Assembly (NCBI GenBank): GCA_965207735.1 | Contig: OZ242296.1 | Span: 1,728,001 to 1,792,000 of the forward strand | Direction: 5' to 3' | DNA from: Candidatus Versatilivorator sp. | GTDB lineage: Bacteria > Acidobacteriota > Terriglobia > Versatilivoradales > Versatilivoraceae | DNA: 64,000 bases | Part shown: positions 37,501-46,454 of the stretch, in pieces | How positions within the stretch are numbered: the stretch's first letter is position 1 | How the letters are laid out: every line of letters starts with the position of its first letter | Position numbers and translations under genes: made by a program | Notes under the pieces: model-generated | Databases searched by the model: none | Seen by the model: only the letters and a program-made list of their open reading frames with translations | Told to the model about the DNA's origin: nothing

Positions 37501-37990
37501 TGAGCTGGATGGCGTCGGCCTTCAGCCAGACCTGCAGCTTGGCCTCCAACTCAGCGTCAGCGGGGGAGCGCGCGACCACGCCGCTCTGCCGCTCCATTGC
37601 CTGCTTGCGGACAGCCCGGGGCCGTGGCCAGACGGCGCCGTCTCGGACCCACTGCTCCAGGGCCGTGATCCGACTCTCCGACAGAGGTCCGGTGGGAGGC
37701 ATCTGCAGGTCCCCGGCACCCCGCACCAGCTGGATGAGGCGACTCCGATCCACCTTCCCCGGCACCACCGCCGGACCCGACTGACCCCCCTGACGCAGAA
37801 ACTCGGCCGAATCCAGGCGCAGCCCTCCCTGCTGCAGCCTGGGCCCGTGGCACACCTGGCAGTGCTCCACCAGCAGGGGGCGGATCTGCTTCTCGAAGAA
37901 TTCGATCCGGGCAGGATCGGATTCTTGACCCGAGGCGGCGACCGTGACCGCCGCCATCAGGAAGGGCAGGAGAAGGAAACGAATCAGCAT
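34592..37990 (-). CDS. Cytochrome c + DUF1549/DUF1553 protein with inserted LamG-like and F5/8-type-C-like domains
   Basis: HCQVCH, WLKAD..WQDASGRGN, YGERWARHWLDVVRYAD, CSRCHDHKFDPI, ASQSS..KAIDG..PWWEV..LWNR..LHMAEVEVF. Confidence 0.88.
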   Translation of the reverse strand: MLIRFLLLPFLMAAVTVAASGQESDPARIEFFEKQIRPLLVEHCQVCHGPRLQQGGLRLDSAEFLRQGGQSGPAVVPGKVDRSRLIQLVRGAGDLQMPPTGPLSESRITALEQWVRDGAVWPRPRAVRKQAMERQSGVVARSPADAELEAKLQVWLKADAIQLKEDETLKAWQDASGRGNHWKVAAAEELPDGAAAPEWIAESRVHGKPALRFEGRSRLLGPDVLLAKDSDAVGTVLAVARFEPVDRTGGAGGSGAVPGGNRPWIIAMTRHPGIGDGATRLYLNGRESEGFPAVQALLNQVTAGRISFRGDLAEVILYDTARTEAERRSVEAYLGEKYDILLPWNPAETVAEFTEEEKSFWAFQPVTLSEPPAVEDRAWPRTWLDRFILAKLEAEGLRPAPAADRRRLIRRLYFNLLGLPPEPVEVEAFVNDPLPQAYENLVERLLDSPHYGERWARHWLDVVRYADTTAHDGNYIMRYAYRYRDYVVRAFNQDKPYDRFILEQLAGDLLSGDADWRAFRDRMVATGFLVLGPKALAEQDKKKFILDVADEQIDVTGRTFLGLTLACSRCHDHKFDPIPTADYYSLAAIFKGTRTMADLEFASKWQEWPLMSELRKRYPERFPAPAPSLAPLGEASQSSTRCEATPDKAIDGVFNNRQETDEGDASPWWEVKLAESGPIGMVVLWNRVDAEFKRLSNFRVSVLTDQRQEVWNQTFFPEGPDAEEFPTPAEGFRICPPPGTTGRIVRVELLGPREEETSYLHMAEVEVFAAGDCSRPPRDPLTVMAVKDGGAAPMRILVRGNHHNPGKLVPRRFLQILDRGHNGIVDSDQSGRLELARFIARPDNPLTARVMVNRIWQWHFGTGLVASSDNFGTLGERPSHPELLDRLAAYFMESGWSVKQLHRLILNSSVYRMQSGVSNPAAEVADAGNRLLWRFPRRRLEAEALRDAILALSGRLERAMGGSIFDYKGKSAVDDYYRGLFSAGKGGYGFDAYRSGRRSLYLPVVRNQIFPMFQLFDFAGSNAVTSRRGDSTVAPQALFLLNSPFVLEQARHFAENLLSREGADDRKRVELAHRKVLARPPSDRETEQALAYLAAYSRTRGSGEAEGAEGRQEAWASYCQLLFGLNEFMYIE

Positions 37991-38114
37991 GGCGATTCCC
38001 TAACCGAAAATGGATGAATGCTGTCGCCGTTGTGCAACTCAACCCGAACCCCGGGTAGCAACCGGAGCCCCAGCTTGGGCGGCAATGCGGGGGAGTGGCG
38101 CCCGCTCCCCAAAA

Positions 38115-38250
38115 CCGCCTGAAACAAACCCGTCGCCGGGTGGCGGGAGACCGGTTCAAAGTCACGCATGAGTAGATTGTCTATTAACATCGATGCACAG
38201 GATGCACAGGATTTTTTCTGGAAACGGCTGGCTTGTAGTCCTCGACATCC
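38115..38250 (-). repeat. Inverted right half of a type-B GRCAAG-family element
   Basis: The reverse complement matches about 58995-59125 (GCCAGCCGT..AAAAATCCTGTGCATCCTGTGCATC..CCGGTCTCC..CACCCGGCG..TTGTTTCAG). Confidence 0.8.
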
Positions 38251-38550
38251 GTATCGCTTTGGGTAAAGCGTTTGAATTCGAGAAAGGGTGCAGGCCGGCT
38301 TTCAGAGAAGTCGCCCGCCGGATGCCCCCACCTCGCCATCGGGAGGACACCCCCCGGGAGCGCGGGCGTCCCGCCCTCATCCTCTCCCTTTCGTGCCAAT
38401 TCGTGTCCATTGGTGGTTTTTTTCCTCTATGCCTTTCGGTCTCAGGCGTGGCCTCACCAGGTATTTTATACCAAAGCAGGCTTCCATCCCGATGTGTGGC
38501 GATCTCGGAGAGGGCGGCGCAACTGCAGTTGGCGCAGCTCAACCCGCTTT

Positions 38551-39999
38551 TTAGGGTGATACTCGGGCACAGACCAATTCCTTTTGGCTGCGAACGTAGA
38601 CGTCCTGGCCGGAAAAGGCCGGGTGAGCCCAAACAGGCGCGTCGCCCCCTTCGATGATCTTTACCCGCCCCCGGTCTTCGAACCCTTCAGGAGTCAGGTT
38701 CAGCAAGACCAGTTCACCCACGGCGTTGACGGCCACGGCCGATCCCCCGCCATTGGTGCCGGAACGGCCTTCCCCTGCCCATACCAGCGCCGCGTGGGGG
38801 TTCCGCCCCCTGGGGGTCAGGCGGTGCTCGTCGGACCAGACCACCTTCCCGCTGGGCCAATGGATGCACAGCAGGCCGTCCCGCTTGTCCAGAACGTAGA
38901 GGTGATCTCCGGACCAGAGCGGCGTCGACATCAGGCAGCTCAACCTGCGTGACCGCCACAGCTCCTCAGGACCGTGACCGTACTGCAAGCTGCAGGCCAG
39001 GGCTCCGTCCCAGTAACCCGACACGAACAACCGGCTACCGTCGAACACCGGTGAAATGATGGCCACGTCATAGCTGCTGGTTCGGAAGGGCACCCCCCAG
39101 ATTTCCTCTCCCGTCCGCGGGTCGAGAGCCACCAGGCGATCGGCCGTCCACACCAAAAGCTGCTCGGTTGATCCGACCCGGGCCATGACCGGCGAGGAAT
39201 ACCCGGGGCGATCCTCCAGGGCGCGCCAGCGCTCCCTGCCGGTCCGGCGGTCCAGGGCCACCACGGTGGCGCCGGGCTCCCCTCCGGCCTGCAGGTAGAC
39301 CAGGTCCCTAACCACCAGAGGCGAGGCGGAGTGTCCCCAGACAGGTTGTTTCCCGCCGAAGCGTTTCTGAAGATCCAGGCTCCAGCGCGGCTTGCCGTCT
39401 GAAAGGCGGAGACAGGAGACCCGACCGACGGCCCCCAGGGTAAAGACCTCTCCGCCATCGACCGCGGGGGTGGCCCGCGGCCCCTTGCCCCAATCCAGGT
39501 CCCCGTAAGGCGCCGGATAACCGTGGGTCCACAGCAGGGAGCCGTCTTTCCGGTTCAGACAGACCACCCGTTCCTCTTCCCCGGTCCCTGCCCGGTCCAT
39601 GGTCAGCACCCGATCTCCGGTTACCACCACACCCGAAAACCCGCCGCCGACTTCCGTGCTCCAGAGCTTCTTGACCGCACCCGGTTCCAGCCGCCTCGGC
39701 AGTTGGACCGAGGACCACACCCCGGCCCGGCCGGGACCCCGCCACTGAGGCCAATCCCGGGAATCTTCGGCCGAGATCGACAGGCCCCGGCCCAAGACAA
39801 GCACCGCGAACCATCCGGCTGCAAGGACCAGACCCAACTTTCGCCGGCTCCACCTCGGACGGGCCAAGGCCAAGCGCCGCCGAAACGGCTGCCGCAATCC
39901 GAACCCGCCAAAGGTGGGAAGACGGCAGATACTTGGGACTGAGAGGAAGGTCTTCATCCGTGGACACGGCTCCCGGCAGGATTTCGGGACGAGGCTCAT
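38551..39999 (-). CDS. PQQ-like beta-propeller repeat protein
   Basis: DWPQWRGP, GPRATP, SASPL, PGYSSP, WAHPA; true start probably downstream of 39999. Confidence 0.85.
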   Translation of the reverse strand: MSLVPKSCREPCPRMKTFLSVPSICRLPTFGGFGLRQPFRRRLALARPRWSRRKLGLVLAAGWFAVLVLGRGLSISAEDSRDWPQWRGPGRAGVWSSVQLPRRLEPGAVKKLWSTEVGGGFSGVVVTGDRVLTMDRAGTGEEERVVCLNRKDGSLLWTHGYPAPYGDLDWGKGPRATPAVDGGEVFTLGAVGRVSCLRLSDGKPRWSLDLQKRFGGKQPVWGHSASPLVVRDLVYLQAGGEPGATVVALDRRTGRERWRALEDRPGYSSPVMARVGSTEQLLVWTADRLVALDPRTGEEIWGVPFRTSSYDVAIISPVFDGSRLFVSGYWDGALACSLQYGHGPEELWRSRRLSCLMSTPLWSGDHLYVLDKRDGLLCIHWPSGKVVWSDEHRLTPRGRNPHAALVWAGEGRSGTNGGGSAVAVNAVGELVLLNLTPEGFEDRGRVKIIEGGDAPVWAHPAFSGQDVYVRSQKELVCARVSP

Positions 40000-40101
40000 G
40001 CTATTTCAGTTCAAAATGGAAAGCAACGGGTTGAAACCATCCCGGGGAGGCGCGAAAATCTTGTGACGCCAGAGTCGTAGGGTATACCGGTTTTCTACGT
40101 A

Positions 40102-40218
40102 TCGAACATGGACGCACAGAATAGACAGGACAAACAGCTTTTCTTAGTGGCCCTTCGTGGCCCTTCGTGGTCCTTCGTGTAACTTCGTGGATAACTCTCT
40201 TTTCTTTTGTTTCAAAAA
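40102..40218 (+). repeat. Degenerate GRCAAG-family element remnant abutting the TonB start
   Basis: TTAGTGGCCCTTCGTGGCCCTTCGTGGTCCTTCGTG..GGATAACTCTCTTTTCTTTTGTTTCA. Confidence 0.65.
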
Positions 40219-42810
40219 ATGCTGAAACCCAACCCTCTTTACCGCCTGTCGAGGTTGACTGCCATCTTGCTGCAGGTCGTGGCGCTACAGGTATTTGCTC
40301 AGCAGACTGACAGCCAGGAAGAACAAGCTCAATCGGAACAGAAGGAGGAAGAATCCGAGCTCCTCGAAGTCATCACGGAGGAGATCGTCGTCATCGGCAG
40401 TCGCGCCAAGCCGCGCTCGGTCACGAAGTCAATGGTGCCGGTGGACGTCATTACCTCTCAGGACTTCAGCAGCCAGGGAGATGCCGACTTGAGCAACCTG
40501 CTGCGTACGCTGGCGCCGTCCTACAACGTCAACACCCAACCCATCAGCGACGCCTCCACCATCGTGCGACCGCTCAGCCTGCGAAACCTGGCCCCCGACC
40601 ACACCCTGGTGCTGGTCAACGGCAAACGGCGCCATCGCGCGGCCGTCATCCACTGGGGTGGGAACGGCCTGGCCACTGGCGCCCAAGGCCCGGACCTTTC
40701 GGTGATTCCCGCCATCGCTCTACGCCAGGTCGAGGTGCTGCGTGATGGCGCTTCCGCTCAGTACGGTTCGGATGCCATTGCGGGTGTGATGAACTTCCAA
40801 CTCAAGGACGCCCGCGAGGGTGGCGCCGTTGAGGTGCGAACCGGCGCCTACGCCGCCGGTGACGGCGAAAGCTGGAGCGTCGCCGGCAACATGGGTCTAC
40901 CTTGGGGCCAATTCGGCTTTCTGAATCTCAGCGGTGAGTTCACCACCAGCAAACCGACCGACCGCAGCCTGCAGCGGGCCGATGCCGCAGCGCTGATTTC
41001 CCGGGGAAACACCAACGTTCGCAACCCGGCCCAGATCTGGGGTTCACCCGACATCGACGACGATGTCAAGCTGTGGGCCAATTTTGGGAACGTGTTCGGA
41101 AGCACGCAGTTTTACGGTCATGCCAACTATGCCGGGAAGAAAGTTACCGGCGGCTTCTTCTTCCGCAATCCCAATACACGCGGTGGCGTGTTCAGCACCG
41201 ATGGCGGCCAGACGCTCCTCATCGGCGACCTGCTGGACGCGACCGACGGCGTGCTCGACGGCTCGGCCGGCTGCCCCGAGGTTCGCGTCGTCGACCACGT
41301 GCCGGATCCGGCGGCGCTCAAGAGAGTCTTGGAAGACCCCAACTGCTTCTCCTTCCAGGAGCGCTTTCCCGGAGGCTTCACCCCCCAATTCGGTGGCGAG
41401 ACGCTGGATGCCTCACTGGTGGGCGGCTTCCGCGGCCAGGCCGGAAACGATATCGACTGGGACGTCAGCCTCAGCGCCGGCAGCAACGAAGCCGACTTCT
41501 TCATCTTCCACACGGTGAATGCGTCGCTCGGACCCGACTCGCCCACCGATTTCGACCCCGGCAAGTACACCCAGAGGGAGCTGAACTTCAACCTCGACCT
41601 TTCCTACGCGCTGAGCCGCAAAACCAACCTGGCCGGTGGCTTCGAATGGCGCAATGAACAGTTCGAGATCGGCATCGGCCAGCTCGACTCGTTCCGAATC
41701 GGCCCCCTGGCTCCCCAGGGATTCAGCGCTACCTCCAATGGCTTTCCCGGCTTCAGCGACATTGCGGCCGGCAAATGGAATCGATCCAACTATGCCGTCT
41801 ACGGTGACCTCGAGTTCCAGGGAGACGACGATGCCTGGACTGCCGGCGGCGCGCTGCGCTTTGAGGATTTCCAGGGTTTCGGTGGAACCTTGAATGGCAA
41901 GGTCGCGGCTCGTCTCCGACTGGTAGAGGCCTTCTCCCTGCGTAGCAGTCTGAGCACCGGCTTCCGTGCTCCCACACCCGGACAGTCGAACGCGTTCAAC
42001 GTATCGACCCAATTCGATCTTGCGCTCATGGATTTGGTCAACAACGGAACCATTCCGTCAACCTCTGCAGTCGCCGGGCTGAGAGGCGGCAATCCCCTGC
42101 AACCGGAGAGGTCGCGGAATTTCGCCTTGGGCGGAATCCTGGAACGGGGACCGTTCACACTGACCGCGGACCTCTTCCGCATCGACGTGGACGATCGCCT
42201 GGCCTTGACTCAGCTTTTCAGTTTGAGGGCGGAGGAGGTTGACGACCTGGTCGCCGAAGGAGTCACCAGCGCCTCCAACCTGCAAAACTTCCGCTTTTTC
42301 ACCAACGACTTCGCAACCAGGACCGCCGGACTGGATATGATCGCGACATGGACCCCACCACGGCTGGGCGGGCGCACCGACTTCAGCTTTCTTCTGAATC
42401 ACACCGATACGAAGGTGACGGACTTCAATCCCGACACCCTCAGCCAAAGGCGGCTTCGTTCGCTGGAGGAAGAACTTCCGGAGACCCGGTACAGCTTCAC
42501 CGTCAACCACAAGGCGCGGGAGGACAAACTGCGGCTACTCGGCAGGTTCAGCTATTACAGCAGTTGGTTCGACTTCGACAACTCACACACGTCGGCAGGA
42601 AAACACCTGCTGGATCTGGAGTTGGCCTACTCCTTCAGACGGAACATCACTTTTGCAATCGGCGGCCGGAACGTCTTTAACACCTACCCGGACGAAAACC
42701 CGATAGCACTGAGCGTCGGCGAGCGGTACAGCGAGTACTCCCCCTTCGGATTCAACGGCGCCTACTACTACGCCCGTCTCAGCTATTCCTTCGGTTCCGC
42801 TTTCAGATAG
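40219..42810 (+). CDS. TonB-dependent outer-membrane receptor
   Basis: EEIVVIGSR TonB box, PDHTLVLVNGKRRH, VEVLRDGASAQYGSDAIAGVMNF, STGFRAP, YYARLSYSF. Confidence 0.95.
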   Translation: MLKPNPLYRLSRLTAILLQVVALQVFAQQTDSQEEQAQSEQKEEESELLEVITEEIVVIGSRAKPRSVTKSMVPVDVITSQDFSSQGDADLSNLLRTLAPSYNVNTQPISDASTIVRPLSLRNLAPDHTLVLVNGKRRHRAAVIHWGGNGLATGAQGPDLSVIPAIALRQVEVLRDGASAQYGSDAIAGVMNFQLKDAREGGAVEVRTGAYAAGDGESWSVAGNMGLPWGQFGFLNLSGEFTTSKPTDRSLQRADAAALISRGNTNVRNPAQIWGSPDIDDDVKLWANFGNVFGSTQFYGHANYAGKKVTGGFFFRNPNTRGGVFSTDGGQTLLIGDLLDATDGVLDGSAGCPEVRVVDHVPDPAALKRVLEDPNCFSFQERFPGGFTPQFGGETLDASLVGGFRGQAGNDIDWDVSLSAGSNEADFFIFHTVNASLGPDSPTDFDPGKYTQRELNFNLDLSYALSRKTNLAGGFEWRNEQFEIGIGQLDSFRIGPLAPQGFSATSNGFPGFSDIAAGKWNRSNYAVYGDLEFQGDDDAWTAGGALRFEDFQGFGGTLNGKVAARLRLVEAFSLRSSLSTGFRAPTPGQSNAFNVSTQFDLALMDLVNNGTIPSTSAVAGLRGGNPLQPERSRNFALGGILERGPFTLTADLFRIDVDDRLALTQLFSLRAEEVDDLVAEGVTSASNLQNFRFFTNDFATRTAGLDMIATWTPPRLGGRTDFSFLLNHTDTKVTDFNPDTLSQRRLRSLEEELPETRYSFTVNHKAREDKLRLLGRFSYYSSWFDFDNSHTSAGKHLLDLELAYSFRRNITFAIGGRNVFNTYPDENPIALSVGERYSEYSPFGFNGAYYYARLSYSFGSAFR

Positions 42811-42992
42811 TCGTCCCCCCGCCCTGCCGGGCGGATCATCCGAGAGTGAAACAACCAGAAATCGACCATCCCTTCGCGACCTTGGTACCCCGTCGCGGTC
42901 AACCTCAGCGCCTTCGTGCCCCTTCGTCGTTCTTCGTGCCCCTTCGTGGAAATGTCTTTTTCTTTTGTCTTTTTTCGGTTGTTTCAGGCAAG
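42806..42992 (+). repeat. Single type-A GRCAAG-family element
   Basis: Left core degenerate (GATAG, the TonB stop); right end GGTTGTTTCAGGCAAG; interior matches 23048-23245. Confidence 0.85.
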
Positions 42993-43037
42993 CCGAATTC
43001 CATGCCTTCGGTCTGAAGGCCCAGGGGAACAGCCCAC

Positions 43038-43910
43038 CTATCCCTCCACCGGTTCGGTGCCGGCTATTGTCGTGCGGTGCATCACCCGGCGTTCGGCGCC
43101 GTGATCGAAGGGGATCACCACGTGGATGCACCAGCGGTTGTCCCACATCAGGACGTCGTGGGGCCGCCAGCGATGCCGGTAGACAAAACTGTCCTGGGTG
43201 GCCCAGGCCATCAGCTCGTCGACGAGCTGCCTGCTTTCGGCCTGGCCCAGCCCCAGGATGCGCTCCATGTAGGTGGCGCTGACGTAGAGCGAGAGACGCC
43301 AGCCGGCGGACGGCCGTCCCGGAGCCGGCGGGGGGTGGTCCACCGGCGGCACCTGAGCCACCTCAGCCGGATCCATGGGAGGGAGTTGGCGCAGTTGGCG
43401 GGAGAATTGAAAACTGTGGCGGGCCTTGAGCCCTGCGATTCTCGCTTTCAACTCCCCGGGCATTGTCTCGTAGGCGTGGCACATGTTGGCGAACAGGGTG
43501 TCGCCTCCTTTGCTGACCACTTCGATGGCATGAAGCACCGCCCCCCTGCTGGGTATTCGCCGGTAGCTGCTGTCGGTGTGCCAGACGCAAATCAGCGTAC
43601 TGTAGCGGGCACCGGGGGAATCGACCGGCCGGATGCGGTTGTCCTCGCCCACGTTGGTGACGCGGAAGATCTCCGGGACCGCCTGGGAACGGTTTGCCGC
43701 CTGGGGAAAGATCTCCAGGGACCCGAAATGGCGGCTGAAGGCGACCTGCTGCTCATCGGTTATCGCCTGCCGCCGGAAGAGCAGCACGCCGTAACGACTC
43801 CAGGCGCCCTTGATGGCTTCCACGGTGGACTGGTCGAGAGGCCCGGCCAGATCGACCCCGGTGACTTCAGCCCCGATCAACGGATGCAGCTTCCTGAGAC
43901 GAATGGGCAT
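43038..43910 (-). CDS. TauD/TfdA family 2-oxoglutarate-dependent dioxygenase
   Basis: IGAEVTGVDL, WHTDSSY, GGDTLFANM, WDNRWCIH. Confidence 0.92.
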   Translation of the reverse strand: MPIRLRKLHPLIGAEVTGVDLAGPLDQSTVEAIKGAWSRYGVLLFRRQAITDEQQVAFSRHFGSLEIFPQAANRSQAVPEIFRVTNVGEDNRIRPVDSPGARYSTLICVWHTDSSYRRIPSRGAVLHAIEVVSKGGDTLFANMCHAYETMPGELKARIAGLKARHSFQFSRQLRQLPPMDPAEVAQVPPVDHPPPAPGRPSAGWRLSLYVSATYMERILGLGQAESRQLVDELMAWATQDSFVYRHRWRPHDVLMWDNRWCIHVVIPFDHGAERRVMHRTTIAGTEPVEG

Positions 43911-43939
43911 TTCCGGGCTCCTGGCTTGCTCGACCCGGC

Positions 43940-45373
43940 TCAGGCCGTCAGCCCGAAGGAGTACAGCCGGGAGTTCCGCAGATAGAACTTGAGGCGGATA
44001 ACCTTCCCTTTCAGGCTTCCCAGGGAGGACTGGCGCCAGGTCACCGCGTGGCGGACCGCGTCGCTGTCAAAAACGGCGCAGTCGATCTTGCCGAAACCCG
44101 GGTACTGGGTCCCCTCGCCGTCCAGGACGGCCACGGCCACCAGGCCGCCGCGGGCCTGGGCGTTGATTTCGAGCGAGTCCCCCTCGCAGGTAAACGGCCG
44201 GGTGACCAGGGTCCCCATGTCTTCGCCGGCGTCCACCGAGGCAAACCCGTCCAGCCTCAGCTTGGCCAGGCAGATGGGACCGCTTCGTCCGGTGGGACCG
44301 TGCTCGATGGCGGAAGGAGAATAGTAGAACCATAGCTCATCACCCACCCTGACCGGAGCATTGGCCATGTACACCTCACCCGAGTCGATGCTCCCGGGCG
44401 GTCCGTTGGGGATGAAAGGCTTGCGGTCACCGAGGCGCGCCCACCGAATACCGTCCCGGCTGGCGGCAAGCTGGATGTCGATGGTTCCGAAGAAGCGGAT
44501 ATGGGGTTCCTCCGGAGGGGTATGGTAGGCCTCAAGCTGTCCGATATAGAGACCCTCATACTTGAAGACCGGCATTTGGTAGAACTGCAGGCCCGGGGGA
44601 TCCTGCTCGTCGGGGACCACGACCTCCTGGGGAAGGCTCCAGTGGATGAAGTCCTCGCTGACCGCACGCCCGATCCGACGGGTCGGATCGCCCTCGTGAA
44701 CAGAGGGGCGGCAATAGGCCACGTACTGGCGGTGGCTCTCGTCCCAACCCAGCAGGGTGTGGGAGTCGCTGGCCCGGGTGATCACCGGGTTGCCCGGATG
44801 TTTGGTCCAGTTCAGGCCGTCGGGTGAGAAGGCAACCGAAACACCGTCCCCCTCATTGGAGGTACCATCGGGATCGCGGGACTCGTAGAACAGGGATTTG
44901 TACAGACGGGCCGGATCGGGGTCGCGCGGGTCCCGGATGACGTTGCCTCCGGCGGCGTTCACCAGCACCAGGTTGTTGTCCCGGGAGCCTTCGTACTCGA
45001 CCAGGCCCAGGTTGGGCCGTTCCCAGAAAATACCGTCGTTCGAGGTTGCGTAGGCCATGCTGTAGAGTAGCTGTTCGGGGTCGAACCCCATGAACCCCCA
45101 CCTGGTCTCATTCCGTTTGCCCATGGGGGTGACACCCATGTTCCCCAATCCCGTATACCACATGCGGAAACGGCCGGTTTCCTCCTCCCGCCAGACCGTG
45201 CCATACAGCTCCAATCGGCCTTCCCAGGGATAGAGGGGAAACATGAGGGGATTGCCGGCATACTTGGCGGGCTGGTTCAGGGTGCGGCGCAAGTTCCGGG
45301 TCTCCTCCACGATCCATTCATCGATGAAGAGCTGCCGGCTGTTTCCCACTTCGAGCACTGTCGTATTCGTCAT
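43940..45373 (-). CDS. Five-bladed beta-propeller glycoside-hydrolase-like protein
   Basis: QLFIDE, YATSNDGIFWERPNLG, SPDGLNW, SRDGIRW, LRLDGFASV, IRLKFYLRNSRLYSF; alternative start 45430. Confidence 0.72.
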   Translation of the reverse strand: MTNTTVLEVGNSRQLFIDEWIVEETRNLRRTLNQPAKYAGNPLMFPLYPWEGRLELYGTVWREEETGRFRMWYTGLGNMGVTPMGKRNETRWGFMGFDPEQLLYSMAYATSNDGIFWERPNLGLVEYEGSRDNNLVLVNAAGGNVIRDPRDPDPARLYKSLFYESRDPDGTSNEGDGVSVAFSPDGLNWTKHPGNPVITRASDSHTLLGWDESHRQYVAYCRPSVHEGDPTRRIGRAVSEDFIHWSLPQEVVVPDEQDPPGLQFYQMPVFKYEGLYIGQLEAYHTPPEEPHIRFFGTIDIQLAASRDGIRWARLGDRKPFIPNGPPGSIDSGEVYMANAPVRVGDELWFYYSPSAIEHGPTGRSGPICLAKLRLDGFASVDAGEDMGTLVTRPFTCEGDSLEINAQARGGLVAVAVLDGEGTQYPGFGKIDCAVFDSDAVRHAVTWRQSSLGSLKGKVIRLKFYLRNSRLYSFGLTA

Positions 45374-45426
45374 AAGGGAGCTCCGATCATCTTCCCGGGA
45401 ACTGGCGCCATTGTTCCCGTTTCCGT

Positions 45427-46446
45427 TCAATTAAAGGCCAGGGGAAGGATCCAGGAGGCGAACTTCCCCACCTCGTAGGTGTCCAGGGGCTCCAGCATCC
45501 CCCGTTCATCGATCCGATAGCTGGACAGCCGGCCCGACTCGTCGCTGCCGGCAAAAAAGAAGCGTCCATCCGTGGTAATGCCCAGGGTCCGAGGGATCGG
45601 CTGGCTGGGGACCCAACCCAGCGGCGAAAGCAATCCGGTGTCTTCATCCACGGCAAGGGCGGCGATGCTGTTGTGACCGCGGTTGGAGACGTAGACGGCC
45701 TTCCCCTCGGGGTGGACCCGGACCGAGCCGGTACTGTTCTTGCCCTGGAATCCTCCGCGGGGAAGGGTCGGCAGGGACTGAAGCAGGGCAAGGCTGCCGC
45801 TGGAAGGGTCCAGGCGATAGGCGCCCACGCTGGAGGACTGCTCCTCGTTCGCATACACCACCCTCCCGGAAGGATGGAACGCCAGGTGCCGGGGCCCGCG
45901 ACCCGGCGTGGTTGCAATTCTGGGGATCCGCGACGGGCGCAGACTGCCGCTGGAGGGGTCAAAGTGAAACTGGTGAATGGTGTCTGTGGGAGCCACGTGC
46001 GGGACAAAGGCATAGCGGTTGGACGGATCGGTCAAGATGGAGTGAGCGTAGATCTCGGTGACTCGCTGGTCGCAGGCAGGGCCCCGCACGGCGCCGTCAT
46101 TTCCGATCGGATGAACCGTCACCATTCCGGCAATCAGATAGGAGGCCAACAGAAAGCGCCCGCCGCGGTCGGTGACCACGTAGCAGGCATCGGCTTCCAG
46201 TTCCACTTCGCCGATCTGGGTCACATCCCCGCTGGCGGGGTCGATGCGAAAGCTGGCCACCCCACTGTAGGATTCGCTCCGAAGCTGCTGGTAGAGATAT
46301 CGCTGACCAGGATCGGCGCAGAGCTGGTAGGGACGGGCCGACAACTGGATCTGCCTGTTCAGCCGGAGCTTGCCGGAGGCTGCATCCATCCCGAAGATCA
46401 GGAATTTCCGCTCGTCGATCAGGGGAACGTATAGGTAGCTGGGCAT
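45427..46446 (-). CDS. 6-phosphogluconolactonase-like beta-propeller lactonase
   Basis: AHSILTDP, GRGPRHLAFHP, YVSNRGHNSIA. Confidence 0.88.
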   Translation of the reverse strand: MPSYLYVPLIDERKFLIFGMDAASGKLRLNRQIQLSARPYQLCADPGQRYLYQQLRSESYSGVASFRIDPASGDVTQIGEVELEADACYVVTDRGGRFLLASYLIAGMVTVHPIGNDGAVRGPACDQRVTEIYAHSILTDPSNRYAFVPHVAPTDTIHQFHFDPSSGSLRPSRIPRIATTPGRGPRHLAFHPSGRVVYANEEQSSSVGAYRLDPSSGSLALLQSLPTLPRGGFQGKNSTGSVRVHPEGKAVYVSNRGHNSIAALAVDEDTGLLSPLGWVPSQPIPRTLGITTDGRFFFAGSDESGRLSSYRIDERGMLEPLDTYEVGKFASWILPLAFN

Positions 46447-46454
46447 GGTTATTC

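Noticed and set aside
34727-38017. 1096-aa plus-strand ORF and similar long ORFs (27721-30150 -, 9722-11692 -, 5603-7288 +, 15218-16666 +, 50635-52080 -)
   Set aside because: Antisense or off-frame shadows of well-supported genes in GC-rich DNA, with no recognisable motifs.
40000-40100. Riboswitch upstream of the TonB receptor
   Set aside because: No cobalamin, TPP or other conserved motif was recognisable by eye; an Rfam scan would be decisive.
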